A DNA stretch of 64,000 nucleotides from positions 224,001-288,000 of the forward strand of contig JBJBCN010000002.1 in the NCBI GenBank assembly GCA_047285805.1, in the 5' to 3' direction. The notes below the pieces were generated by a model. The model ran no database searches. It had not been told where the DNA came from and saw only the letters and a list, made by a program, of their open reading frames with translations. The position numbers and the translations under genes are program-made. Shown here in pieces: positions 37,327 through 46,521 of this stretch. This DNA is from Synechococcus sp. Its GTDB lineage: Bacteria > Cyanobacteriota > Cyanobacteriia > PCC-6307 > Cyanobiaceae. Within the stretch, counting starts at the first letter, position 1; each line of letters begins with the position of its first letter.

Positions 37327-37512
37327 CTACTGGATCTCTTCTGTTTGGTCGTGCTGCCAGCGGGTCAAGGTGGCGGGCGAGAACTTATGGCCATGCTTGC
37401 GGGCAATGGCGGCCACGCAGCTGTTGTTCTCGCCGCACTTGACGAGTTCACGCTGCATGGTTGCGTTGCCTTTGGCTTTACGCATGAAAAGTTCAAGTTG
37501 ATGTCTTGACAT
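37327..37512 (-). CDS. Nif11-like domain protein
   Basis: MSRHQLELFM...MQREL...VAAIARKHGHKFS. Confidence 0.8.
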   Translation of the reverse strand: MSRHQLELFMRKAKGNATMQRELVKCGENNSCVAAIARKHGHKFSPATLTRWQHDQTEEIQ

Positions 37513-37663
37513 GGCGATTTCCATGGAAAGAACGCCCCATCGCTAGCGACTGATTGGCCGTCAAGATCCAGAGTTCAGGTTCTCTTTGCGTTCCCAAGAT
37601 GTGCTTATTGTTCTCTTTATTCAGAGGAAAAAAATCACCTACTCAGCCCCATTCGTTAGGGTC

Positions 37664-38023
37664 ATGCCCATGAACGTTTCTCCTCGTTCGGCGACTCTTC
37701 TGGGTGGTTGCGTCGCTGCTCTGACCTTGATCAGCGGAGCTGTTTCCGCGGCTGAGCGGGACCCCTATGCCCAGTTCATGAGGCATTACGAGCTGGTCTT
37801 GAAAGCCCAGAACTCAGGCGACCTCTACAGCCTGTGCCTCTCCATGCAGGCGATGGATGGACTGTTGATCGAACACTTCGCTGTCTTTGAACAGCGAGAT
37901 CCCAGTACCGACTGGATGGAGGTGCGTGCCTCCTACAAGCCTGTTCTCGATGAGCAGTGCGGCCAGGTCAGCGTCCCACCTAAGGCAACCCCCAAGGCGC
38001 CAAAGGATGATCCGCAGACCTAG
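37664..38023 (+). CDS. Secreted hypothetical protein
   Basis: Signal peptide; 119 aa. Confidence 0.65.
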   Translation: MPMNVSPRSATLLGGCVAALTLISGAVSAAERDPYAQFMRHYELVLKAQNSGDLYSLCLSMQAMDGLLIEHFAVFEQRDPSTDWMEVRASYKPVLDEQCGQVSVPPKATPKAPKDDPQT

Positions 38024-38026
38024 GGC

Positions 38027-38251
38027 TTAGTCCTCGGATTGCAGAAAGCGAGGGGCGAAGCGCCAAGCCAGTACAACCGTGGCGAGGCCATAGCCCACAA
38101 AGGTGGTCGCTTGTCCGAAGCTGCCTGTGGCGTAAAGCTCGCGCTCCAGAAGGAGGTAGTCCATCACGGACGCCACTGTTCCCCAGAGGATGACCCAGCC
38201 CGAGACGTAGGCGACCCCTTTGAGCGTGCGTTCCATGCTCACCACATCCAC
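38027..38251 (-). CDS. Two-TM small protein
   Basis: WVILWGTVASVMDY.LL...GQATTF. Confidence 0.7.
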   Translation of the reverse strand: MDVVSMERTLKGVAYVSGWVILWGTVASVMDYLLLERELYATGSFGQATTFVGYGLATVVLAWRFAPRFLQSED

Positions 38252-38433
38252 TCATCGGGGGACGGGATCCCACTTTCGCGGCGCACCCGATCGATCCGTT
38301 CGATAGCGCGTTGTTGTTCCTCGATCTTGCTCATCCAAGGACGGATCCGATTGGCCGCTTTGCTTGCATCCAGGGCAGAGGGCAGCCTGGTCAGTTTGTA
38401 GCTGGCCCCTTTGTGGGTGGTGGTCTCCGTCAT
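38239..38433 (-). CDS. Hypothetical protein
   Basis: MTETTTHKG...GIPSPDEWMW. Confidence 0.55.
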   Translation of the reverse strand: MTETTTHKGASYKLTRLPSALDASKAANRIRPWMSKIEEQQRAIERIDRVRRESGIPSPDEWMW

Positions 38434-38437
38434 CGGG

Positions 38438-38572
38438 CTATCGGTTGAGCCACAGCTTGATCGCGACCGTGGCCGCCGCAATGGCCAGGATCCAGTAAAG
38501 CCAGGTCAGGTTGAGCACCGTCGCCAGCACCAGGCCGATCACAAAGAAGACCAGAAATCGGCCCAGGGTCAT
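38438..38572 (-). CDS. 44-aa hydrophobic micropeptide
   Basis: MTLGRFLVFFVIGLVLATVLNLTWLYWILAIAAATVAIKLWLNR*. Confidence 0.55.
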   Translation of the reverse strand: MTLGRFLVFFVIGLVLATVLNLTWLYWILAIAAATVAIKLWLNR

Positions 38573-38735
38573 ATCGGCAGCAGTCTGTTGCTCTGTGGAG
38601 AGACCCTAACGCACTGTGTCCGTTGCTCTTTCAGCGATAGCAACCGCCAAAAACAAGTGTAAATGCCTAAGAGCAAACCGGTTTGTTGCTCAGCTTGAGC
38701 AAAGATCTGCTGTCGTCGTGATTTCCTAACCCGTC

Positions 38736-39179
38736 TTGGTGGTGGTGGTGGGCCCCGTAGGCCTCACCCTGGCTCTGGCCCTGCGTAAGCAGGACATCGT
38801 GGTCAGTCTCGTGGATCGGCCTCCCCAGCCCCGCGATCGCTCCAAGGCCCTGGTGATCTGGCCGCGCACCCTTGATCTGACGTGCCGCGCCCCCAGCGGG
38901 GAGACCCGCTTGCATGAACTGCTGAGGAGCGGTCGCTTGGTGCTGTTGTCCGTGGGCACCCCTCTACCGCCGCTTGATCCGTCCCTAGTGCGCGATTGGT
39001 TGGTGCCAGCCGTGGCGGCGCCCCAGTCGAGCTATCGGGCGGGCTGGGTCTATCTGATTAGGCAGGAGGCCTACCCCTTTAGCTGTGCCCCGAGCGCGGA
39101 GCGGGAGCGTCTGCTGGCGGTCTGGGAGGCGAGGCGTTGGGGTTGTTCGACGACTTGCATCAAAGAGTGGAAGATTTGA
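38736..39179 (+). pseudogene. FAD-dependent monooxygenase remnant with a large internal deletion
   Basis: N-terminal GPVGLTLALAL...SKALVIWPRTLD joined directly to C-terminal RLHELL...VYLIR. Confidence 0.75.
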
Positions 39180-39239
39180 TTAAGCCCGAAGATCGAATAT
39201 TCGCGTTTGGTCAGTTTTGGGTTGATCAGCAAAAACAAC

Positions 39240-40262
39240 ATGTTCTGGCCTTTCCGGACTGCCTCCTCTATCGGTGTCGATCTGGGGACTGCGAACACCC
39301 TGATGTATGTCTCAGGTAAGGGAATCGTGCTCGATGAACCCTCCGTGGTCGCTCTTGATTTAGAGAGAGGCATCCCACTGGAGGTGGGAGAAGGCGCAAA
39401 ACGCATGATCGGCAAAACCCCGAAAGCGATTCAGGCGATTCGTCCCCTGCGTGATGGCGTCATTGCTGATTACGCCGCCGCCGAGCTCATGATTCAAACC
39501 TTCATGCGTCGCGGCAATTCCGGCAAATCCACCGCCCCTCGGATGGTGGTGGGCATCCCGAGCAGCATCACGGATGTGGAGCGCCGGGCGGTCCGTGAAG
39601 CCGGCATCACCGGCTCCAAAGAGGTTTACCTGATCGATGAAACCGTGGCTGCCGCCATCGGCGCTGGCCTGCCGATCACCGAGCCCGTCGGCAGCATGAT
39701 CGTCGACATCGGCGGTGGCACCACCGACGTCGCTGTGCTGAGCCTCGGCTCTCCCGTGGAGAGCGAATCAATCCGGATTGCCGGCGATGAAATAACCGAG
39801 AGCATCTCCGATTACATCAAAAAGACCTATGGCCTGGTGATCGGTGAAGCCACTGCCGAGCAGGTCAAGATCAGCATTGGCTCTGCTCATGCCAATGCCC
39901 GCAATGACGATCTCCACATGGAGCTGAGCGGTTTCAACAACCGCACCGGATTGCCCGAAAGCATCACCGTCACCGCTGGTGAAATCCGCGAGGCGATTCA
40001 GCAGCCCCTGGGCGCCATCGTTGACACGATTAAGCGTGTCCTGGAGAACACTCCCCCTGAGCTCGCCACCGACGTTCACGCCCGCGGAATCGTGCTGGTC
40101 GGCGGCGGTGCCTTGATCCCCGGGATCAGTGATCTGATCACGGAATCAACCGGCATTTTCACCATCGTTGCCGATGACCCCCTCCACTGCGTCGTCAATG
40201 GCTGCGGTCAGGTGGTCGACGACTGGAGGAACCTCAAGCGCTGCACCAGCGCTGACGTCTGA
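39240..40262 (+). CDS. mreB: MreB/Mbl-family actin-like protein, without mreC/mreD
   Basis: GVDLGTANT, EPSVVA, RPLRDGVIAD, TDVERRAV, DIGGGTT, LVGGGAL. Confidence 0.93.
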   Translation: MFWPFRTASSIGVDLGTANTLMYVSGKGIVLDEPSVVALDLERGIPLEVGEGAKRMIGKTPKAIQAIRPLRDGVIADYAAAELMIQTFMRRGNSGKSTAPRMVVGIPSSITDVERRAVREAGITGSKEVYLIDETVAAAIGAGLPITEPVGSMIVDIGGGTTDVAVLSLGSPVESESIRIAGDEITESISDYIKKTYGLVIGEATAEQVKISIGSAHANARNDDLHMELSGFNNRTGLPESITVTAGEIREAIQQPLGAIVDTIKRVLENTPPELATDVHARGIVLVGGGALIPGISDLITESTGIFTIVADDPLHCVVNGCGQVVDDWRNLKRCTSADV

Positions 40263-40286
40263 GCTCCACCTCGGCCTTAATCCATC

Positions 40287-40312
40287 ACCCCGGGTGAGAC
40301 CCCGGGTTTTTT
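40287..40312 (+). terminator. Terminator after mreB
   Basis: ACCCCGGG-TGAGA-CCCCGGGT plus T-run. Confidence 0.65.
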
Positions 40313-40317
40313 GTTGC

Positions 40318-40488
40318 TCAGCTGGCTTTGGCGATGGCGAGCAGGGCCAGCAACTTGTCTTCCAGCTGGTTGATACGGCTCCATTGCGCGGTGCCCATCG
40401 TGCTGGGTGCCAGCTCAGCGCGCAGGTCATCTAACAGGCTCAAGCTTTCTTGGGTGGTCAGCTGGAGCGACGTCGTCTTGATCTTCAT
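40318..40488 (-). CDS. Small hypothetical protein
   Basis: MKIKTTSLQLTTQESLSLLDDL... Confidence 0.55.
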   Translation of the reverse strand: MKIKTTSLQLTTQESLSLLDDLRAELAPSTMGTAQWSRINQLEDKLLALLAIAKAS

Positions 40489-40533
40489 CAAGGATCCGCA
40501 GTCGAGCCCATCAAACAAGGCCCGAAGGCGCCG

Positions 40534-40740
40534 TCAAGGGCGGCTGGTCCGGCAGCGCTCCACACTGTTCTCCTCATGCCAATAGAGCAGGGCATTGGCG
40601 CGATGCAATCCACTGACGGTTTGGCAGGTCCCTGAGGCCCAGCAGACCCGGTAATCGCCATCAGGGAGGGCTTCAATCGTGGATCCCTTCGGAGTGATCA
40701 CCAGGACTCGTTCTGGATTGATCGCACAACGCTCCATCAT
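40534..40740 (-). CDS. Small protein, GSTI-YRVC family
   Basis: GSTIEALPDGDYRVCWASGTCQTVSGL; paralog at 52937. Confidence 0.65.
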   Translation of the reverse strand: MMERCAINPERVLVITPKGSTIEALPDGDYRVCWASGTCQTVSGLHRANALLYWHEENSVERCRTSRP

Positions 40741-40928
40741 CTCGTTCTTTCGTCGGTGCCCGGTGAGGCAAAAGCCCCTGGGTGGTCCGAGGGCCATCGC
40801 TGGCAGAGTTTCGGGTTCTGCCCCTGCCACCGCTCAGTCATGGCTCAGATCGCCTGGCTTTGGCAAGACTCGGCTGGACCAGCTTTTTTCGCCTGCGCGA
40901 GGTATTTAGACAGTGTTAGGCCTGGTTC

Positions 40929-41252
40929 ATGGACCAGATCCAACGACCAGAATTCCATACTGTGCTATCGACGCTGCGCCAGAGTTTTGCTGGTGATCGC
41001 GGTGTCGGCCGGGCCTTTTGGGAGAAGGGGCTGATCGAGCGCGTGGAATCCCATGCGCTCACGCCCCATCGACTCAAGGAGGCCTGCGGCTTGGTGCGCT
41101 CCTACGACTGGGCCGAGCGCTATGTCCTCGGGGCATCTGATTTGCACGAGGCCTGGAGTCGCTCCCTGGAAGTGCTGACCGCCACTAACAATCTCCTGGC
41201 CTGGGCCTCGGAGTTGGGCTTGATCTATTCCCGTTCCGCAAGTGCGGATTGA
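40929..41252 (+). CDS. Hypothetical protein
   Basis: 107-aa ATG ORF. Confidence 0.6.
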   Translation: MDQIQRPEFHTVLSTLRQSFAGDRGVGRAFWEKGLIERVESHALTPHRLKEACGLVRSYDWAERYVLGASDLHEAWSRSLEVLTATNNLLAWASELGLIYSRSASAD

Positions 41253-41271
41253 GGACAACCCTGGACGCCCG

Positions 41272-41469
41272 CTATAGCGTTGAACGCCACTCGTGAAGTA
41301 ACTGGTAGCGCCACTCGGGCCGAATCAGCTCACTACGGAAGACCGCAAAGTGATGCTGGGGGTAATCCGCCTGGGCGCGGACCCTGGCCTGTTGCCGGCT
41401 CTCAGCGATCACGTGAAAGCGACCGAAGTCGGCCGGGCCTGCGTGAAAGACCTCGTAGATGTGGTTCAT
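41272..41469 (-). CDS. Small protein, AExRQQA family
   Basis: YEVFHAGPADFGRFHVIAESRQQARVRA; paralog at 42888. Confidence 0.65.
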   Translation of the reverse strand: MNHIYEVFHAGPADFGRFHVIAESRQQARVRAQADYPQHHFAVFRSELIRPEWRYQLLHEWRSTL

Positions 41470-41524
41470 GACGCCAGTGCCTCTATCTCAGGACTAGCAA
41501 CTCGAGCAGGATGGTGTCAGTGCT

Positions 41525-41740
41525 TCAGCTGAGGTACCAATGCAGCACTGACATCACTTGACCGGCCGGGCCGTAGCCAGTGAGACACTCGCCAATCAGC
41601 GCAGCCGCGAACCCCAGCATGGCGACGCGGCCGTTGAGCTGCTCGACGCCAGCCAAGGCTGAGACGTCCCAAGGACGTTGGGACGTCATGCTCTTGCCGA
41701 AGGACTCGACGGGTTCGTAGCGGAACTCCTGCTTGTTCAT
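41525..41740 (-). CDS. hli: High-light-inducible protein
   Basis: EQLNGRVAMLGFAAALIGE chlorophyll-binding motif. Confidence 0.9.
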   Translation of the reverse strand: MNKQEFRYEPVESFGKSMTSQRPWDVSALAGVEQLNGRVAMLGFAAALIGECLTGYGPAGQVMSVLHWYLS

Positions 41741-41759
41741 CGCGAGCGGGTTGGGCTGA

Positions 41760-41996
41760 TCAGAAGCAGAAGGGAAGGTACTGGGTATGGCAGCTTGCGT
41801 AGCCGTCGACCAGGGGGCCCAGGCCGATCTGATGCGCGATGCCTTGGCCGGTGAGTCCTTCGGTGATGATCCCGATCACGATGCCGAGCATCGCCATCCG
41901 GCCGTTGAAACGTTCAACCTTTTGGAGCTGTTCCTGGTGAATTTGCTCTTCGGCGCGGTTCTTGCACCACTGGTCGGTGACTTGATTGGTGTTCAT
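41760..41996 (-). CDS. hli: High-light-inducible protein
   Basis: ERFNGRMAMLGIVIGIITEGLTGQG. Confidence 0.9.
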   Translation of the reverse strand: MNTNQVTDQWCKNRAEEQIHQEQLQKVERFNGRMAMLGIVIGIITEGLTGQGIAHQIGLGPLVDGYASCHTQYLPFCF

Positions 41997-42070
41997 GACT
42001 GTTGGGGAGCGGGTTTGAGCAAGGAGGCGGCTATCCAGCCGGCGAAGAGAAGCAGTGCGGTCAGCGCCAT
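41993..42070 (-). CDS. 25-aa hydrophobic micropeptide
   Basis: MALTALLLFAGWIAASLLKPAPQQS*; ATGA overlap with hli. Confidence 0.5.
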   Translation of the reverse strand: MALTALLLFAGWIAASLLKPAPQQS

Positions 42071-42072
42071 GG

Positions 42073-42189
42073 TTATTTGCGGGTGGGGCCCAGATCGCTG
42101 GGGCGGGAGAGGACGAACACCACTCCGGCGGTGAGGAGAGTCCCCATCACAACCATTGCTGTGATGGCCATCCCGTAGTCGGCTTCCAT
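42073..42189 (-). CDS. 38-aa single-TM micropeptide
   Basis: MEADYGMAITAMVVMGTLLTAGVVFVLSRPSDLGPTRK*. Confidence 0.55.
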   Translation of the reverse strand: MEADYGMAITAMVVMGTLLTAGVVFVLSRPSDLGPTRK

Positions 42190-42202
42190 GGCTGTGTTGC
42201 GA

Positions 42203-42231
42203 AACGTAAAGCAACTGTAACCGTATGTAAC
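42203..42231 (-). promoter_or_regulatory. HLR1 (RpaB) site and -10 element of the hli operon
   Basis: GTTACATA-CG-GTTACAGT direct repeat followed by TACGTT. Confidence 0.72.
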
Positions 42232-42287
42232 TACCTTGGCAAGTGGTTGGGATTGCTCGGCTGTCCCGCTAGGCGCGTCGGCGCGCT

Positions 42288-42689
42288 GTGTTCCGCTTCC
42301 TGTTCAACCTGCTCTGGTTTGTCCTGGGCGGATTGGTCATGGGCCTGGGTTGGTGGCTCGCCGGTCTCCTCTGCGCGATCAGCGTTGTCGGCTTGCCCTG
42401 GGCCAGCTCCTGCTTCGTGATTGGTAATTTCTACTTTTGGCCCTTCGGTCAAGAGGCGATCTCACGCCATGCCCTGACCGGCTGCCGCGATTGGGACACG
42501 GGTTCTTTGGGGACGCTCGGGAATGTGATTTGGTTCCTTGTGGCTGCCTGGTAGCTTGCGACCGGTGACCTGACCTCAGCCTTGGCCAGCTTCCTCACGG
42601 TGGTGGGGATTCCCTTTGGTCTGCAGCACATCAAGTTGGCCCAGATTGCGGTGGCTCCGGTCGGGATGATGGTCGTCTCCAATCCTTGA
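42288..42689 (+). pseudogene. yccF: YccF-domain membrane protein with an in-frame stop at 42552
   Basis: FNLLWFVLGG...WPFG; GNVIWFLVAAW*...TVVGIPFGLQHIKLA. Confidence 0.85.
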
Positions 42690-42887
42690 GCAAGATTCAT
42701 CGCAGAGGTATGCCTCAGCAGTCCTGCGACTCCCCTGATTAATTCAATGGGATCGGTCAGTAGGAGCACGGGGACAGGGTCTGGTCCCAATTCCTGGCGA
42801 TGCGCGTTGGCCTCGTTTTCCGCATGCAGGGTTTCTCTGCCATTTTGCGGTGGCGTGGCTAGGACGAGGGTCCACCCTTCACTCGTC

Positions 42888-43124
42888 ATGCTTCGGCGGT
42901 ATCAGGTCTGGAGTTGCAACGCAGACGCCGTTGGCCCGCGCTCGGTGCAGGCGGAAAACCGTCAGCAAGCACTGGTGCAGGCCCGTCGCTTCCAGCCGGG
43001 TGAGGCCTTGGTGGTGGTGGATGCGGAGCTGATGGAGCTAGCGCACCCGGTCGCTCGTGAAGGCGGCCACCATCCAGGCCAAGAGGCTCAACACGGCGGC
43101 TCCAAAGGCCAAAAAGGCCAATAA
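42888..43124 (+). CDS. Small protein, AExRQQA family
   Basis: YQVWSCNADAVGPRSVQAENRQQALVQA. Confidence 0.6.
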   Translation: MLRRYQVWSCNADAVGPRSVQAENRQQALVQARRFQPGEALVVVDAELMELAHPVAREGGHHPGQEAQHGGSKGQKGQ

Positions 43125-43159
43125 AACGTGTTCCATAAATCCCTTCTAGGACGTGCGCC

Positions 43160-43628
43160 CATGAAGCGTTGCTCGTGGCTAACTCTTCTAGCCCTGGCCT
43201 GCCTCTGCGCCAGCCTTCCATTGGCGGTCAAGGCCCACGACGGCCATGGGGCAGCGGCCCTGGGCGTTGAGGTGACGGAACTCGCCAGCTCCAGCAAGGA
43301 GTGGGATGGCCGAACCCTGCCCCGTTATCCAGATGGTCAACCCCAGGTCAAGGTCCTTCGCATCACGATCCCGGCTGGGGTTCGTCTGCCTCTGCATTGG
43401 CATCCCGTGATCAATGCCGCCTTGGTGCTCAAGGGGGGTTTGGCCCTGGAGTTGGTCGACGGTTCCAGTCGCACCTTTCGCGAGGGTGAAGCCTTAATCG
43501 AGGTGGTGAACACCATCCATACCGGCCGTGCCCTGGGGACGCAGCCGGTAGAGCTCGTGGTCTTCTACGCGGGTGTCGAGGGCTCCCCTACAACGGTCTT
43601 GACGACAACGGCCAAGCCCCCGCGCTAG
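43160..43628 (+). CDS. Secreted cupin-domain protein
   Basis: Signal peptide; LPLHWHPVINA..VLKG, EVVNTIHTG, VVFYAG. Confidence 0.88.
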
Positions 43629-43832
43629 CGCCTGGGTTGCTTGCTGCTTGATGCCACATCAGCAGGGTCGCGAACTCGCGGTTGGCGCGATCGCGGTCGC
43701 TGGCGCACTGCTGGCGAAGCCAAGCACAGCGGGCCAGGTGCGCCAAATCGGAGGCTGAAAGGCTGATGGGGAGTCCTTGCAACCCTGTCAGCTTGTCAGA
43801 TCTGAGCGGTAGTCGCCCTGTCGGTTGGCGTT

Positions 43833-44015
43833 TTGACCAGGCAGGATGCAGTTGTTGCGGCTAAGCCGGTGAAAGAGATCAGTCTTTGGGAGTGGCTCCT
43901 GCGCGCCTCCGCGAGGATCGCGGCTCTGTCTGGCGTCATTGGTCTGCTGATCTGGCTGACCTGGGTGATGCTCGACGTTAAGAACATGCAGTCGGGATTC
44001 ACCCTCCCCTACTGA
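43833..44015 (+). CDS. Small single-TM protein
   Basis: IWLTWVMLDVKNMQSGFTLPY. Confidence 0.6.
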   Translation: MTRQDAVVAAKPVKEISLWEWLLRASARIAALSGVIGLLIWLTWVMLDVKNMQSGFTLPY

Positions 44016-44142
44016 AGGGGTGCTGACGGTGCAGGGTGTCTTCCTCCGCGCAGCGCCGTGGCGCTCCGCCAGCCCTGTGATCCTGGCCTCGGCTTGAGCT
44101 CGGGCAGCGTGTTTGTTGCTACAAGCAGACCTTTAAAAAAGC

Positions 44143-44915
44143 TTAGGTCTTGGACCAGCGGCTGGGGTCACGCCTGATCGGCAGCCGTCTAGGCGATGAG
44201 GTCTGTAGGAGTTCGGCGCTGATTGTGCTGCAGATGGAATCCATGGTCACGCAGAAGCTGCTGTTGTCCTGATCAAACGGGCCTTCGACGCAGGCCCCGA
44301 GCCGCTTGGCGGTGATGAAGCTCAGAAAGAGGACGGACCCCCGTTCAGGGGGCGTCGCGGCTGGCAAAGTTTGCGAAGAGGACATAGCCGTAGACCCAGT
44401 AGATCAGGCGGATGAAGACGTCGTAGGTCGGTGGTAGGGGTGGGGTTGCGAATCAGCTGCAGGCCGCCCAGGGCCTTTCTCAATCGTTGATGACGCCCCG
44501 GCTGTAGAGGCCCCCCACCAGTGGCGCCCGATGTTTCAGGCTCTGCTGGAGGGTGATGTCTTCGGCCAGTCCAAGGCTGCGCGTCAGTGCATCGACGTGG
44601 GCCCCGGCGTCGCTGCGCCAGAGCCCCGCAGTTCAAAGTTCAGTACCCAGCCCTGCAGAACCTGGAGTGCGACGAGCTCCTGTTATTGCTTGCGGCAGTG
44701 CTCATGGCCGCCGATCAGGGTCTGCAATGTGTCGCGCCACTGCCGAGCCTCGTTGGTGATGGCCCCCCAGAGCACCCGTGCTTCCCACCAACGGTTGATC
44801 GCATGGGTGTTCCGAAAGCCCACGAAGATCGAGAGCGCGATGCCCAGCATGGAGAGGCCGGACTCATCGATGATCGAGAGGTCTTGGGCCTGGGGATCGC
44901 TGGGCTGGTTAGATC
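44143..44915 (-). pseudogene. Bestrophin (YneE-like) anion channel, decayed
   Basis: LGIALSIFVGFRNTHAINRWWEARVLWG, GGLQLIRNP, VEGPF...MDSIC; stops and frameshifts. Confidence 0.85.
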
Positions 44916-44940
44916 ATCCTTCCCCTGCTGCAGCTCGACC

Positions 44941-45102
44941 ATGTCTGATTGGACGCCGACTCCGGAGCAGCGCGACGGCGTGATCGTGCGCACGTTGGAG
45001 TTTTTTCGCGATGAGTGCGATGAGCTGCAGCAGGAGCTGGGTTGCCCGCGGCCCTTTATCGCTGACTTGCTCACGGCCCTGGCTCAGACCTACGCCGACT
45101 GA
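44941..45102 (+). CDS. Small hypothetical protein
   Basis: MSDWTPTPEQRDG...ELGCPRPFIADLL. Confidence 0.6.
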   Translation: MSDWTPTPEQRDGVIVRTLEFFRDECDELQQELGCPRPFIADLLTALAQTYAD

Positions 45103-45175
45103 ACTGCCCCCCATCTGGGGGTAGGCCACCCGCTGAAGGCGGATTGAGAGTGGCTCCATCAGCGGACGGGAGGGC

Positions 45176-45421
45176 GTGATGCAAGCCCTGAATAACCCGG
45201 CAGTGACCGAACCGGCGCGCGGCGATTGCCTGGGTTCCACCTGCATGCAATGGACCGCAAGCGGCGAGCTCTCTGAGCTCGATCTGCATCGTGTGATGGA
45301 TCTTCTGGCTCGAGTTGACGAGAACATAGACGCGATCCAGAACACTCTCCGACGCGCGAGAACGCCCGTACTATTTCGCTGGGTTGACAGTGCCTGCTTC
45401 CCTCTTGGTGCGCGTCGGTGA
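45176..45421 (+). CDS. Small hypothetical protein
   Basis: CLGSTCMQWTASGELSELDL. Confidence 0.55.
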   Translation: MMQALNNPAVTEPARGDCLGSTCMQWTASGELSELDLHRVMDLLARVDENIDAIQNTLRRARTPVLFRWVDSACFPLGARR

Positions 45422-45638
45422 TGTGGTGCTGGTGGAGCCGCCTGAGCATTACTGGTGGGTCGGCCAGGTGATTCGCCGCGAAGGCGGGGACAATGGCAAC
45501 AGCTTTTTTCAGATCGTCTGCGTGGACACGGGGGTGAATCCAGCGGTGAATTCCAACGGCGTCACTGGCGTTTCAAGCCTTCCTCGTCTCACGCCTGATA
45601 AGCAGCCTGATCCTGGTTCCGGCCCTCTTCGCTGCTAA
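45384..45638 (+). CDS. DUF3104-like protein
   Basis: VRVGDVVLV...WWVGQVI..EGG...FFQIVCVDTG. Confidence 0.7.
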   Translation: MTVPASLLVRVGDVVLVEPPEHYWWVGQVIRREGGDNGNSFFQIVCVDTGVNPAVNSNGVTGVSSLPRLTPDKQPDPGSGPLRC

Positions 45639-45773
45639 TTAGGTCACCAGGTGGGTGGCGAAGTTGATGGCCAGCCAGGCCGCGGTCAGGGCAACCACGA
45701 GGGGCAGAACACCTTTGATGGTCTCAAGGACCTCTTGGCGTAGGTGCTCGCGTTGCTCGGGGGAGCTGGTCAT
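45639..45773 (-). CDS. 44-aa single-TM protein
   Basis: MTSSPEQREHLRQEVLETIKGVLPLVVALTAAWLAINFATHLVT. Confidence 0.55.
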   Translation of the reverse strand: MTSSPEQREHLRQEVLETIKGVLPLVVALTAAWLAINFATHLVT

Positions 45774-45844
45774 GGAGGCCTGGGGGGAGGAGCACCCCAG
45801 GCCTAAAAGCGACAACGGCGCTTTGGCATGAGTACGAACACGGG

Positions 45845-45982
45845 TCAGCCGAGGGCCAGCAGCGGTTGGCCGACACCGGCAAAGAGGATTGCGGTAACTC
45901 CGCCTACGAGAGGTCCGGCGAGGGATTCCCACGAGAAGATTCGGAAGGGGGCTGGGTTGCTCTTGCGTTCCGGAGTGGTCAC
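45845..45982 (-). CDS. 45-aa single-TM protein (GTG start)
   Basis: VTTPERKSNPAPFRIFSWESLAGPLVGGVTAILFAGVGQPLLALG*. Confidence 0.45.
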   Translation of the reverse strand: MTTPERKSNPAPFRIFSWESLAGPLVGGVTAILFAGVGQPLLALG

Positions 45983-46077
45983 GGTGGTGTAAAAAAACGA
46001 CCTCAGAATCGGCAGCCTGTGGTCATGAAACGGTTGTGCTGATCACCGTTTTCTGGGATTGAGCACATTCACCTACG

Positions 46078-46222
46078 TAACAAACCCTCCAGCGTTCGGC
46101 GGGAGCGCTGGAGGGTTGTTGTTGGGGGCCTCAAGGGGGGCGGCCCCCGTTTGGAGCGCGGGTTGGTACTCGACCGCCTCCAAAACCGTTATGGCTCTGC
46201 GTCTGGGCGAGGAGCCATAGGC
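46078..46222 (-). ncRNA. Candidate four-hairpin sRNA
   Basis: Four abutting stems; the last is AACCCTCCAGCG/CGCTGGAGGGTT followed by TGTT. Confidence 0.45.
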
Positions 46223-46235
46223 ATATTGACCGATT

Positions 46236-46497
46236 CAAAAGATGCCGAGTGTCTTCTTTTTGCAGTAGCCCGTTTCAATGTTCATCCAGCCGGAACGGCA
46301 GAGTTTGCCGTTGGTGGGCGCCACTTCGTAGTAAACGGGTGAGACGCAATGGCTCCCGAGATCATTGACGTAGCTAAGCGGACTTTGGGTCTGCCCAGCC
46401 CCTTCGGAATTCGTTTCTGGGCCCAGTTCGGGCCAGCGGAACTGAGGGCAAGCACCCGCAGGGCTCTGGTGCTCAGGCTGAGGGACGCGCGCGTCAC
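46236..46497 (-). pseudogene. Small secreted Cys-repeat protein, frameshifted
   Basis: AQKRIPK [fs] PLSYVNDLGSHCVSPVYYEVAPTNGKLCRSGWMNIETGYC [fs] KKTLGIF*. Confidence 0.6.
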
Positions 46498-46521
46498 GGG
46501 CCCGGGTCGACTGGGATCAAA

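Noticed and set aside
10898..37512. Two Nif11-like ORFs as prochlorosin/RiPP precursors
   Set aside because: Neither has a Gly-Gly cleavage site with a Cys/Ser/Thr core, and there is no LanM-type enzyme or peptidase transporter in the window.
46236..46345. Hairpins as a 5' extension of the candidate sRNA
   Set aside because: Better explained as a frameshifted Cys-repeat protein gene.
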